DNA from: the human T2T-CHM13v2.0 reference genome, Homo sapiens
DNA: 64,000 nucleotides
Reading direction: 5' to 3' (one strand)
Assembly (NCBI RefSeq): GCF_009914755.1
Contig: NC_060938.1
The position numbers and the translations under genes were made by a program. The stretch's first letter is position 1, and each line of letters opens with the position of its first letter. Positions 1 to 12,304 of this stretch are shown here, piece by piece. The notes under the pieces were generated by a model, which was not told the DNA's origin, made no database searches, and was given only the letters and a program-made list of their open reading frames with translations.

Positions 1-1235
1 GAATTTGGTCAAGATTAAAACATCAGAGTTTAGTCCTCACTTATATGTTGCATTTCTGTTTTGTAGATATCTATCTTACCTCTTCTACTAGCACTCGTGC
101 TCCCTTAAGAGCAAGATCCACCCCCAATTATTCTTGGTATCATCTGAATAGCCAAATAAATACTTGTTAAATGCACACATAACTGAAAGAATAAATAAAA
201 CCACTGAATATGTACAAAGCTAAATCCTTTCATCATCATGAGCCATTCTGTATAATTTTATGAGTGTCTAAGATAAGCTTACCAAGCAGTGCCGGACTGG
301 CAAAAAAAAGGCACACACACACACAAAAAATAGATGAGGGGAACCAACTCTACAAGGTTTACTTAATTGCAATTATACCAATAAATGAATTCCCTGTGGC
401 AGGAAAGCATACCAGAAAAACGAGAGTAAATGTCAGTTATCTTTCTTCAACAGCAGAATTTGTGAACACAGCTTTATGGCAATACCTCACAATATTGATT
501 TTAAATATTTTTGAAATACCACAGGCTATGTGAGCATTATTAGCAAACGTGATGAACATTCTGAGTGCTACGTAATGGATGTACTAACCCACAGAGTATG
601 CAGGTACTTAGGAATAGAGCTCTGTCATAAATGCCAAAGAAAGCACGATGATTTCAGGAAAAGACAACAAAATGACTTACCATAAGAGGCAACTGATAAC
701 TGAAATCACCAGCAATTCTGTGTTTCATAATCTGTCATATAAGACACTTAAAGTGACACAAAAATGAAAACAAGAAAAGGGAACCTCATCCTTCCCTAAC
801 ACATTTGGCAAAAAGTATTAGATGTTTCATGTGTTCGTGTTAATAGTTATAAAATTATTTTTTATTTAATTCCCATTCAACAGAACAGGCAACTGGGGGA
901 GAAAGACCCAGCATTGAGTTCAAATCAAATGAAGGGCATATTCCATGGAATACTCTTTTCCATGTCATCTCCACTGTGTATCAGTTAAGTGGCTCTGTCA
1001 TTGAGGCAAAGTGAAATCAGAATCCAAAGCATTTCCAAGAACAAAAGCCAATACTCGTGCCCATTCTTAACACAGAGTGAACATTCATAATCTCACACTA
1101 CAGAATCACAAATAGCAGGAGACAGTTCAAGCCTATCACACTCTTCTTGATCTTTAACATCATATACCACACAGCAGCAACCAAAGGAAAAATCACTCAA
1201 ACTTGGTTTTATAAATATGGCCTTCTGATGGGATT

Positions 1236-1850
1236 TTGCTAACTTGCGTGCTAGAAGGACTAAGGAAAACTAGGAAGAAGCCTATGAATTATTCAGTGAT
1301 GTCCACTATAACACAGGGAAAGGAAGAAAATCCTACTGCCTTTCTAGAGAGACTAAGGGAGGCATTGAGAAAGCATACCTCCCTGTCACCTGACTCTACT
1401 GAAGGCCAACTAATCTTAAAGGATAAGTTTATCACCCAGTCAGCTACAGACATTAGAAAAAAACTTCAAAAGTCCACCTTAGGCCCGGAGCAAAACTTAG
1501 AAACCCTATTGAACTTAGCAACCTTGGTTTTCTATAATAGAGATCAGGAGGAGCGGTGGAACAGGACAAACGGTATAAAAAAAAAGGCCACCGCTTTAGT
1601 CATGGCCCTCAGGCAAGTGGACTTTGGAGGCTCTGGAAAAGGGAAAAGCTGGGCAAATCGAATGCCTAATAGGGCTTGCTTCCAGTGCGGTCTACCAGGA
1701 CACTTTAAAAAAGATTGTCCAAATAGAAGTAAGCCGCCCCCTTGTCCATGCCCCTTATGTTGAGGGAATCACTGGAAGGCCCACTGCCCCAGGGGATGAA
1801 GGTCCTCTGAGTCAGAAACCACTAACCAGATGATCCAGCAGCAGGACTGA
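1236..1850 (+). pseudogene. HERV-W gag C-terminal fragment (capsid end and nucleocapsid), premature stops
   Basis: ORF 1236-1763 with MHR and CFQCGLPGHFKKDC; the second knuckle is broken by TGA at 1761-1763. Confidence 0.9.
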
Positions 1851-1865
1851 GGGTGCCTGGGGCAA

Positions 1866-4457
1866 GTGCCAGCCCATGCCATCACCCTCACAGAGCCCCA
1901 GGTATGCTTCACCATTGAGGGCCAGGAGGTTAACTGTCTCCTGGACACTGGCACAGCCTTCTCGGTCTTACTCTCCTGTCCCGGACAACTGTCCTCCAGA
2001 TCTGTCACTATCCGAGGGGTCCTAGGACAGCCAGTCACTAGATACTTCTCCCAGCCACTAAGTTTTGACTGAGGAGCTTTACTCTTTTCACACGCTTTTC
2101 TAATTATGCCTGAAAGCCCCACTCCCTTGGTTAGGGAGAGACATTCTAGCAAAAGCAGGGGCCATTATACACCTGAACATAGGAGAAGGAACACCCATTT
2201 GTTATCCCCTGCTTGAGGAAGGAATTAATCCTGAAGTCTTGCCAACAGAAGGACAATATGGATGAGCAAAGAATGCTCGTCCTGTTCAAGTTAAACTAAA
2301 GGATTCTGCCTCCTTTCCCTACCAAAGGCAGTACCCCCTTAGACCCAAGGCTCAACAAGGACTCCAAAAGATTGTTAAGGACCTAAAAGCCCAAGGCCTA
2401 GTGAAATCATGCAATAGCCCCTGCAATACTCCAATTTTAGAAGTACAGAAACCCAGCAGACAGTGGAGGTTAGTGCAAGAACTCAGGATTATCAATGAGG
2501 CCGTTGTCCCTCTAGACCCAGCTGTACCTAACCCTCATACTCTGCTTTCCCAAATACCAGAGGAAGCAGTGTGGTTTACAGTCCTGGACCTTAAGGATGC
2601 CTTTTTCAGCATCCCTGTACATCCTGACTCTCAATTCTTGTTTGCCTTTGAAGATCCTTCAAACCCAACGTCTCAACTCACCTGGACTGTTTTACCCCAA
2701 GGGTTCAGGGATAGCCCCCATCTATTTGGCCAGGCATTAGCCCAAGACTTGAGCCAATTCTCATACCTGGACACTCTTGTCCTTCGGTACATGGATGATT
2801 TACTTTTAGCTGCCAGTTCAGAAACCTTGTGCCATCAAGCCACCCAAGCGCTCTTAAATTTCCTTGCTACCTGTGGCTACAAGGTTTCCAAACCAAACGC
2901 TCAGCACTGCTCACAGCAGGTTAAATACTTAGGGCTAAAATTATCCAAAGGTACCAAGGCCCTTGGTGAGGAACGTATCCAGCCTATACTGGCTTACCCT
3001 CATCCCAAAACCCTAAAGCAACTAAGAGGGTTCCTTGGCATAACAGGTTTCTGCCAAATATGGATATTCCCAGGTACAGCAAAATAGCCAGACCATTATA
3101 TACACTAATTAAGGAAACTCAGAAAGCCAATACCCATTTAGTAAGATGGACACCTGAAGCAGAAGCAGCTTTCCAGGCCCTAAAGAAGGCCCTAACCCAA
3201 GCCCCAGTGTTAAGCTTGCCAACAGAGCAAGACTTTTCTTTATATGTCATAGAAAAAACAGGAATAGCTCTAGGAGTCCTTACACAGATCCAAGGGACAA
3301 GCTTGCAACCCATGGCATACCTGAGTAAGGAAATTGATGTAGTGGCAAAGGGTTGGCCTCATTGTTTACGGGTAGTAGCGGCAGTAGCAGTCTTAGTATC
3401 TGAAGCAGTTAAAATAATACAGGGAAGAGATTTTATTGTGTGGACATCTTATGATGTGAATGGCATACTGACTGCTAAAGGAGACTTGTGGCTGTCAGAC
3501 AACCGTTTACTTAAATATCAGGCTCTATTACTTGAAGGGCCAGTGCTGTGACTGCATACTTGTGCAACTCTTAATCCAGCAACATTTCTTCCAGACAATA
3601 AAGAAAAGATAGAACATAACTGTCAACAAGTAATTGCTCAAACCTACGCTGCTCGAGGGGACCTTTTAGAGGTTCCCTTGACTGATCCCAACCTCAGCTT
3701 GTATACTGATGGAAGTTCCTTTGTAGAAAAGGGACTTTGAAAAGCGAGGTATGCAGTGGTCAGTGATAATGGAATACTTAAAAGTAATCCCCTCACTCCA
3801 GGAACTAGTGCTCAGTTGGCAGAACTAATAGCCCTCACTTGGGCACTAAAATTAGGAGAAGGAAAAAAGGTAAATATATATACAGACTCTAAGTATGCTT
3901 ACCTAGTCCTCCATGCCCATGCAGCAATATGGAGAGAAAGGGAATTCCTAACTTCCAAGGGAACACCTATTAAACATCAGGAAGTCTTTAGGAGATTATT
4001 ATTGGCTGTACAGAAACCTAAAGAGGTGGCAGTCTTACACTGCCGGGGTCATCAGAAAGGAAAGGAAAGGAAAATAGAAGGAAACCACCAAGTGGACATT
4101 GAAGCCAAAAGAGCCACAAGGCAGGACCCTCCATTTGAAATGCTTATAGAAGGACCCCTAGTATGGGGTAATCCCCTCCGAGAAACCAAGCCCCACTACT
4201 CAGCAGGAAAAATAGAATAGGGAACCTCATGAGGACATACTTTCCTCCTCTCCAGATGGCTAGCCACCGAAGAAGGAAAAATACTTTTGCCTGCAGCTAA
4301 CCAATAGAAATTACTTAAAAACCTTCACCAAACCTTTCAGTTAGGCATTGATAGCACCCATCAGATGGCCAAATTATTATTTACTGGACCAGGCCTTTTC
4401 AAAACTATCAAGCAGATAGTCAGGGCCTGTGAAGTATGCCAAAGAAATAATCCCCTG
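1866..4457 (+). pseudogene. HERV-W pro-pol remnant (protease, RT, RNase H, integrase N-terminus), disrupted
   Basis: ORF pieces 1866-2072 (LLDTG), 2401-3087 (DLKDAFF, LPQG, YMDD), 3060-3551 and 3756-4220 (AQLAEL, YTDSKY); integrase CEVCQRNNP ~4428-4454; multiple stops and a frameshift near 3068. Confidence 0.92.
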
Positions 4458-4480
4458 CACTGCAGGCCATACATTTCAAT

Positions 4481-4714
4481 CCCTGTATCTTTAATCTCCT
4501 TGTTAAGTTTGTCTCTTCCAGAATCAAAGCTGTAAAACTACCAATCGTTCTTCAAATGGAGCCCCAGATACAGTCCATGACTAAAATCTACCACAGACCC
4601 CTGGACTGGCCTGCTAGCCAATGCTCTGATGTTAATGACATCAAAGGCACTCCTCCCGAGGAAATCTCAACTGCACAACCCCTACTATGCCCCAATTCAG
4701 CAGGAAGCAGTTAG
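4481..4714 (+). pseudogene. HERV-W env C-terminal remnant (end of TM and cytoplasmic tail)
   Basis: Translates PCIFNLLVKFVSSRIKAVKLPIVLQMEPQ...PNSAGSS*, matching the syncytin-1/HERV-W Env tail. Confidence 0.9.
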
Positions 4715-4772
4715 AACGGTCGTCAGCCATCCTCTCCAACAGCACTTGGGTTTTCCTGTTGAGAGCGGGGAC

Positions 4773-5098
4773 TGAGAGACAGGACTAGCTGGGTTTCCTA
4801 GGCCGATTAAGAATCCCTAAGCCTAGCTGGGAAGGTGACCACGTCCACCTTTAAACATGGGGCTTGCAACTTAGCTCACACCCGACCAGTCAGATAGTAA
4901 AGAGAGCTCACTAAAACGCTAATTAGGCTAAAACAGGAGGCAAAGAAATAGCCAATCATCTATCACCTGAGACCACAGGGGGAGGGACAATGATCGGGAT
5001 ATAAACCCAGGCATTCGAGCTGGCAACAGCTACCCTCTTTGGGTCCCCTCCCTCTGTATGGGAGCTCTGTCTTCCCTCTATTAAATCTTGCAACTGCA
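4773..5098 (+). mobile_element. LTR17 U3-R, truncated at the polyadenylation site
   Basis: Polypurine tract before 4773, TATAAA at 5000-5005, ATTAAA at 5080-5085, ends CAACTGCA followed by the A-tail. Confidence 0.92.
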
Positions 5099-5727
5099 AA
5101 AACAAAAGAAAAAAATCTTAAAAACTTCACCCTAATGCTACTTAAACAATGTATTTCCCAATTTTTTTCTGATTGATGATAAAAGAAAGAGACAAAGACA
5201 TTGGCTTCAGTATGAGGCCACCAGACTCCCAAGAATATCATTCAGTCACCTGAATGAAGGCACACTTTTCAGAAATGACTTTCTCCTGAAATTCCCGTTA
5301 TCAGTAAAGAAGACCGCAGAAGGGGACAGAACTAGAAACCCCAGATAAGGAAAGAGAGATAACACCACTATCTCTTCAGCAGAGGAAATTAAGAGACACT
5401 GCAAATAAATACTGGAATTGTTCTCTGAGGACAAAAACAACCATGATATTAAATACACACATACACATGCATGCACACATGTGCACACATGAAGGCAGGA
5501 AAATGGATATCTCTGAAACAGATTAAACAATGAGTGGCAAAATAATGACAGCTTTCTGCCCCATGTATGGTGCCTGGCTGGGAAAAAAATGTCAAAAACG
5601 CAATCATTTAAAAACTAAATATAAAGACAGACAAAACAGTCTTAGAAAAGCAAAAACTGTCAGAAAAGAAAAAAACTGTAGTTAAAGGATATATTTGGTT
5701 TTGTATTTTAAAAAATTAAGTTATTAA

Positions 5728-6038
<311 letters not shown>

Positions 6039-6153
6039 AAGAATTAAAAATCTCTATGTTAAAGGTAATTCTCCAGCAAGTCAATTATTATGAGTTTGTT
6101 TCATAAGGTCTATAATAAGCGGGCCTTTTGAAACAAATGAGGAAATGGGGATT

Positions 6154-6520
6154 TAATATGGTTTGGTTGTGTCCCCACCCAAATTTCATCTTGAATTGTA
6201 GCTCCCATAATCCCCATGTGCCATGGGAGGGACCCAGTGGGAGGTAACTGAATCATGGGGGTGGGTCTTTCCCATGCTGTTCTCATGACAGTGAATAAGT
6301 CTCAAGAGATCTGATGGTTTTATAAAGGGCAGTTCCCCTATACAAGCTCTCTTGCCTGCTGTCATATAAGATGTAACTTTGCTACTCCTTTGCCTTTCGC
6401 CATGATTGTGAGGCCTCCCCAGCCATGTGGAACCTCTTTCACTTTATTAAACCTCTTTTCTTTATAAATTACCCAGTCTCAGGTATGTCTTTATTAGCAG
6501 CATGAGAACAGACTAATACA
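6154..6520 (+). mobile_element. THE1-type MaLR solo LTR
   Basis: Starts TAATATGGTTTGGTTGTGTCCCCACCCAAA and ends GAACAGACTAATACA; near 5-bp TSD GGATT/GGGTT. Confidence 0.88.
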
Positions 6521-7727
6521 GGGTTGAGACAATATCATGGGATTATACGCAACACTCAACATGCATGCCCACAGAAAGATATTAAATAAGACCAATCGGA
6601 TCAAGAATTCAAGTTCCCCAGATGAGGAACACTGGAATTGCTTTTTTCTTGCAGAAGAGCTAACCCAGAAGAGTCCAAGCAAATTCAGTGTTCCTGTCAC
6701 TGTATTCCTGTCTCTGTGTGGTCCGCACCATGGCAAGCACCAACTGGCTCCCCATTTCCCGCTAGCTGGAAGGCCCAGATATTGACTTCCAAATATTAAG
6801 GGAAGAAGTGCGGGGGGTGGGAGGGAGGACCGTCAAAGACTTAATCACAAGATCTGAGAAATCTCTGTTTTTATATTCTTATCTCCCATATGTTCTTAGA
6901 AACCTACTATCTGACACAAATAGACCCACAGTAGATTTTTCTGAATATGGAATTGCCAAAGCAACAACCTTCCATTCTACAGAATTATTATTACCACTTC
7001 AGAGCACAGATTAATTTCCATCTTCCATGGGGGTATACAGAAAGAATAAAATAAAAGTTTGATTTATTTAGAGTAAGCAGATATCTTCAGACAGATTTCT
7101 AACATACAGAAAGCGGGACTTCTTTAAGTAGGTAAGAAATATTAGTACTAAAATATTTTAAAGAGTTAACCCACATAAATTCCAGGTATGTTTTCAAGAC
7201 TAATCAGAAATTTTAAGTTGGCATTTTAGAGCAGGAAAGACATTAATATTCAACAAGAGAAGAAAATCAACCTATACAAAGATCATGTCCAAAAATTAAT
7301 TTATGCAGTTATAAAATATGTATAAAATTTGTCATTATCCCATTTTGAATAAAAAGAACATGTTTGTTATGTTTGTATTTCAAAGCTGCTAAATACAGCT
7401 CTCGTAGAGGTATGCCTGAAATGAGTATAAGGCATTTATCATTGTGAGAATATTTATCCCTAAAAAAAAGTCATACATAGAAATCAAATGTAACAGGCAA
7501 GGTGAAAAATAAACCATTATCCCTTCAAAAATCAAACTGCATTTTTGCTGACAAGATAAAAGACACTGAAATATGCACAAGGTGGCAGGCACTTATCAAG
7601 GCAGGCTTTCTTCAGTGACTAAGAAAAGGAAAACACACCAAAACTTCTCCCACTCTACCAATTCACATCACTCAGGTAGCACGTCTGTCTTCACAGACAG
7701 CTGGCAAACTCTTCAGAAGCAGACCCC

Positions 7728-8118
7728 TGTTACATGTTGAATTGTGTCCCTCAAAATGGTATGTTCAAGTCCTGACCGGTAGTACCAGTGAATGTGACCA
7801 TATTTGAAAACAGGGTCTTGGCATACATAATTAACATGAGGTCATTAGGATGGGCCCTAATCCAATGACTGGTGTTCTTAAAAAGCAAGGAAAACTTGAG
7901 CACAGAGACACAGACGGCCATGTGAATAGATTGGAGTCATGCTGCCTCAAGCCAAGGAAACCCTGGGGTTCCTCCCCTAGAGGCTTTGGAGAGAGCAAGC
8001 CCTGCCTATACCTTGACTTCCAACTTGCAGGCTCCAGACTGCGTAAGAATAAATTTCTGTTGTTTTAAGCCACCCAGTTTGTGGTACTTAGTTATGACAG
8101 CCCTTGAAAACTCATACC
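7728..8118 (+). mobile_element. MLT1 (B/C-like) solo LTR
   Basis: TGTTAC..TTGAATTGTGTCCCTCAAAA start; GAATAAATTTCTGTTGTTTTAAGCCACCCAGTTTGTGG near the end. Confidence 0.8.
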
Positions 8119-9836
8119 CCCTCTCAGTCATCATGTTGTAGAGATGTGAGAAGCAGGGAAGAAGACAGGGTGCAAGTAGACATCATTTTTAGACTGATTT
8201 GGGCTGTTAGTTATCGCTTAAAGGATAAACAGAGCTGCGGATTCAGAAATTTCCATAAAGGTTCATTCTTCTTTGGTGTCTAATGTCTAACAAAGGATGT
8301 CCCTTTCCAAATCCCATGGAGAAAAGTACCTCATTTCCCAGAGAAATGCTCCTGCCCCCTAGTGAAAAAGGAAGATATTAAAATAACATATAAACTCATC
8401 ACAAAGACTAAAACAAGAAAGGCTGCTAACCTGACGTAAGTAATACAGGGTTCTAGATAAGAAAAAAAATTACCTGTCTCTAGGCATAAGCTTATGGAAG
8501 AATTAAAATGTTTCACCCAGTCAAAGCTTCAAGCTGCACTTATATTCCCGGGCAAGGTAGAAAAACATGCATTGAAAATAGAGGCCTCCAACACATCCAG
8601 GAGTCTAGTAGGTTGATTTGTTTAAATCAGTGTAGTCAATTCAGCTTTTGGAGGACTAGAAGCACCAGCATAAAACTAACAATGGTATTATTAACGTATA
8701 CTAATTAAACATAAGTTGTACTCCTTGGCATTTACGAGTAAAAATGTGCTAATTCAAAATCCTAAGCCCGACAATGTAGCAAAAATAATATCTTTTGACC
8801 AAAAATATTTTTGTAACCCATGACAAGGATAATTTAGATCAAAAACTAACAAAATATATTATCAAAAAGTAGCAAAATTGAATTGTGTAGAAGAAAAGAA
8901 CTAAAACCCCAGGACACCTTAGGCATGTCGGAAAATTCTAACATATTTCAATACAACTGCCATCATCTACTAAATTTAGAAAGTTACTGCAGTTTCACAA
9001 GTATGGATTATTCACAAATATTTTTTTTCTCTGATTTAATGAGCCCTGCTGGGTAAAGCTGTCATGTCTAACTCAGGTTAATTTAGGGAAACCTGCTTTT
9101 TCCAGATGGCATCAAGGAGAGCAGACAGTTTATATGAGACGCTAAACTCAAAGTCATACAGTATTTATCTTAATGTGGAATGCAAGAGCTGTTAGCCTTT
9201 GAGCCCACTTTGATCTGTTTCTTAAACCAGGCTTCTACTGTGGAATTCTCCACACTGCTCCTAAAATGTCATGTTCCTCTGTCAGCAGCCAACCAGTGTT
9301 ACCCAGAAAGTCTGCACCAGAGTCAGCTGCAAACCTAGCTCAACCTCCTTCCCTTCGCTTTAGACAAAAAAAAATAATAGCACATCCTATGTCTCTTACT
9401 GCAGCAAACACATGGCTAATTGAGTGCCCAAAAGCTTACCAGTGTTCCAGATTAGTTTAAGAAATTCTGCACTATAAATCTCTGGACATTTTGTATCTCC
9501 AGCCAGGAACTATTCACCTGCCAAAATGCTGATTAATTACGTGACTATGTGTCATATTTCTAGTCTTCTTATTTGTTGATAGGCAGCCGTGCCTCAAGTT
9601 TCTTTTACATGCTCAAAGCCAATGTCTTGGAAAGTACAATTTGGCATGAATTTCTTGGTCTTAGTAAATAAAGAGACTGCCTATCTCCAAATAGTAGCAC
9701 AGACTAACCCAGAGATGTTACTAAGGGAGAATAACCCAGCATTAACAACCAGAGCAATGCTGTTAAAATACACCCCACATTAAAACTTGCAACCAAGAAA
9801 ATCTGGTGGGGAAACTCAACATCTCCATCTTAACCT

Positions 9837-10011
9837 AGTATTCTCAATCCAGCTTGAATACTGAAATCATCTAAGGCAGTCTTTTAAAATGCTGATGCCA
9901 GATTCCACCCCCCACCATCTTAATCTCAATCACTGGAGAGTGATTCAGGCACTGGGATGTTTCAAAAGCTCTCCAAGGTATTTCTAATGGTCAACTATAG
10001 TTGAGAACCAC
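9837..10011. mobile_element. MER5-like hAT DNA transposon fossil
   Basis: Terminal TTCTCAA...GTTGAGAACCAC motifs. Confidence 0.6.
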
Positions 10012-10017
10012 AGATCC

Positions 10018-10357
10018 ATAGCACAGTCAGCAAACTTGCTCTATAAAGGGCCCTATCATAAATGTTTCAGGCTTTGTGGGCCACTGAGTCTCTGTCACAG
10101 CTTCTTAATTCTGCTGCTATGGCACAAAAGCAGCCACACACATATGAAAATGAATTAGTATGGCTGTGTTCCAATATAGCTTTATTTATGAACACTGGAA
10201 TTTGAATTTTTATAACTTTTCTATGTCACAAAATATTATTCTTCTTTTGACTTTTTTTTTCAATCATTTCAAAATGTAAAAACCATTCTTAGCTTACAAA
10301 CCATTCAAAAACAAGTGGCAGGCCAGATTTGGCCCAGCTGTAGTTTACTGTCCTCTG
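10018..10357. mobile_element. MER58B-like hAT DNA transposon fossil
   Basis: GTCAGCAAACTT..TATAAAGGGCC start; GGCCAGATTTGGCCC..TAGTTT end. Confidence 0.75.
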
Positions 10358-10465
10358 ATCTATACTGCAGATTGAATATACTCCTACTTAATTCTTTTTC
10401 AAAAACATTTGCTCAGTGACTCACTCAACCAGTCCTTGAAAAGATCCCCTTCAAAGCATGAATAC

Positions 10466-10675
10466 CTTCAGATTCAAGTTGGTCCAGGCCATATGAGGCA
10501 GCTGTATTAACACGAGTAATAGATGGAACAACAGTTCTTCTCTCAGAGGATGCCTCCAAAGCAGGAAGTGCAGGGGAAATGCTGGGTTCCCCCACCATTA
10601 TTCCAGGAGGTGTCACTGGAGATCCCAGAACTGGTGTGAACTCCTCATTTGGCCCTGTGACTGTGTCCATTTGTT
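10466..10675 (-). CDS. ARMH4: ARMH4 coding exon 4 (210 nt, phase 1-1): EQMDTVTGPNEEF...DQLESE
   Basis: Acceptor TTTGGCAG|AA, donor GAAG|GTATT; continues the frame from exon 3. Confidence 0.9.
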
Positions 10676-11495
10676 CTGCCAAACACAACAGACAGGACTT
10701 GACCCACAAGATAATCATTATGGCAAATGTAAGCATGTGCTTTCACTTTTTAGGCAAGAAATGATTAAACCAATATCATACAATACAGCAAGTTTGGCAC
10801 TTGGGTCAGCTCTCCTTTCCCATATTGTATTAATCCAACTCCCCAAAGCAAAGACTTTCAGGAAAATGTATTGTCTTACAGGAAAATGTATTATCTCTAA
10901 TCAGAACTTTGTTTTTAAATTTTAATCTCCCATTTATTCTACTGGCAATATTATGGATGTTGTAAGATTTTATATTATGTATTGCCAAAGGTAAAATAAT
11001 TAACAAAAATATATTAAACTGTATTTCAAAGACTACTTTGGAAAGACCGAGTGTCTTTCTCAAAATCAAGTCATAGAGTAAGAGCCTAGATCTGGGTCTG
11101 GAATGTCAATTTAAAAGCAGCCAAATATAGCCCCAGGAATTCCCAAGTCCAGAGACTCTAGAACAGCAGTAGCTTTCACATAGATTTGAAAACTTCACTG
11201 CCTTTAAGAGATCAGAGCATTTGAGAGCCTCCTATATAGAAAGCACTTTGTAGACATGATTTCAAATTCTTAAAATAACCTATAAAACAGATAGGCATTA
11301 TTTAGAGGTGAACAAACCAAAGCTTACAGAAGTTAAGAAACTTAGCTTGAGGCTACAATATTAGTGAAAGCCAAAGTTGCGATTCAAATTCAGGTCCATG
11401 CTTTTTTCACCTCATCCCCCCCGGCTCCTAGCAGCAGAGTTGCCAAACAGGAAGAGCCTTCTCAGGGGGTCTGGCCTTTGAGGACCCAGAGGTGA

Positions 11496-11847
<352 letters not shown>

Positions 11848-11919
11848 AACCCTTGTCCTTTTAAGGCTCTGCCACACCTCTTCAAACAGGACAGAGCTCA
11901 CACCCCTTTCCAGGTAAAG

Positions 11920-11955
11920 GTGTGTGTGTGTGTGTACGTGCACGCACGCGCGCGC
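11920..11955. repeat. Alternating purine-pyrimidine tract (TG)n/(CG)n
   Basis: GTGTGTGTGTGTGTGTACGTGCACGCACGCGCGCGC, 36 nt of perfect RY alternation. Confidence 0.9.
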
Positions 11956-12052
11956 TGATGGCAATGTCGGCTGCCTCACTCATTCTATTCCTAGTCCACT
12001 TAACAGAAGAGATCCACCCCCAAAACAGAGTCCAATATCCTCCCTTACAGAC

Positions 12053-12304
12053 CTTCCACAGTGGGAGTAACTTCAAAAGACAAAGGGACGACTGTAGTTG
12101 AAATTGTAGTGGCCAGAGGCTCCCATCTTCTTGACAGCTGAGTAACACCAGGAACGTCAGACACAGGAGAGGGGTCCTCCTTTTCTTCCTCAGTCTTGCC
12201 ACTGTCTCTGATAAGCTCGAGGGTAGCAACCTGCTCTTGTGTCACCATGGATAAAGTGGCATCTGGCTCTTGAACAGCTGTTGTCATCTCTTGAGTGATG
12301 ATGT
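12053..12304 (-). CDS. ARMH4: ARMH4 coding exon 3 (252 nt, phase 1-1): DIITQEMTTAVQEP...EVTPTVE
   Basis: Acceptor TTTTCCCCCCTTTAAG|AC, donor GAAG|GTCTGT; in frame with exons 2 and 4. Confidence 0.9.

Larger units (their letters stand above)
1235..5115 (+). mobile_element. HERV-W (HERV17/LTR17) processed retrocopy: 5'-truncated gag-pro-pol, internal deletion of most IN/env, U3-R only, poly(A) tail
   Basis: Gag MHR (QGKEENPTAFLERL) and CCHC knuckle, protease LLDTG, RT LPQG/YMDD, RNase H and IN N-terminus, env tail, LTR17 start TGAGAGACAGGACTAGCTGG at 4773, ATTAAA at 5080, then an A-rich tail with no U5. Antisense in ARMH4 intron 4. Confidence 0.95.

Noticed and set aside
2401-3087. 228-aa RT ORF with intact YMDD as a functional polymerase
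   Set aside because: Non-ATG start, upstream stops, frameshift near 3068, and no 5' LTR promoter
9000-9560. Repeat-free block with TAAT/TGATTTAAT motifs as a possible enhancer
   Set aside because: Short AT-rich motifs are uninformative without conservation or chromatin data
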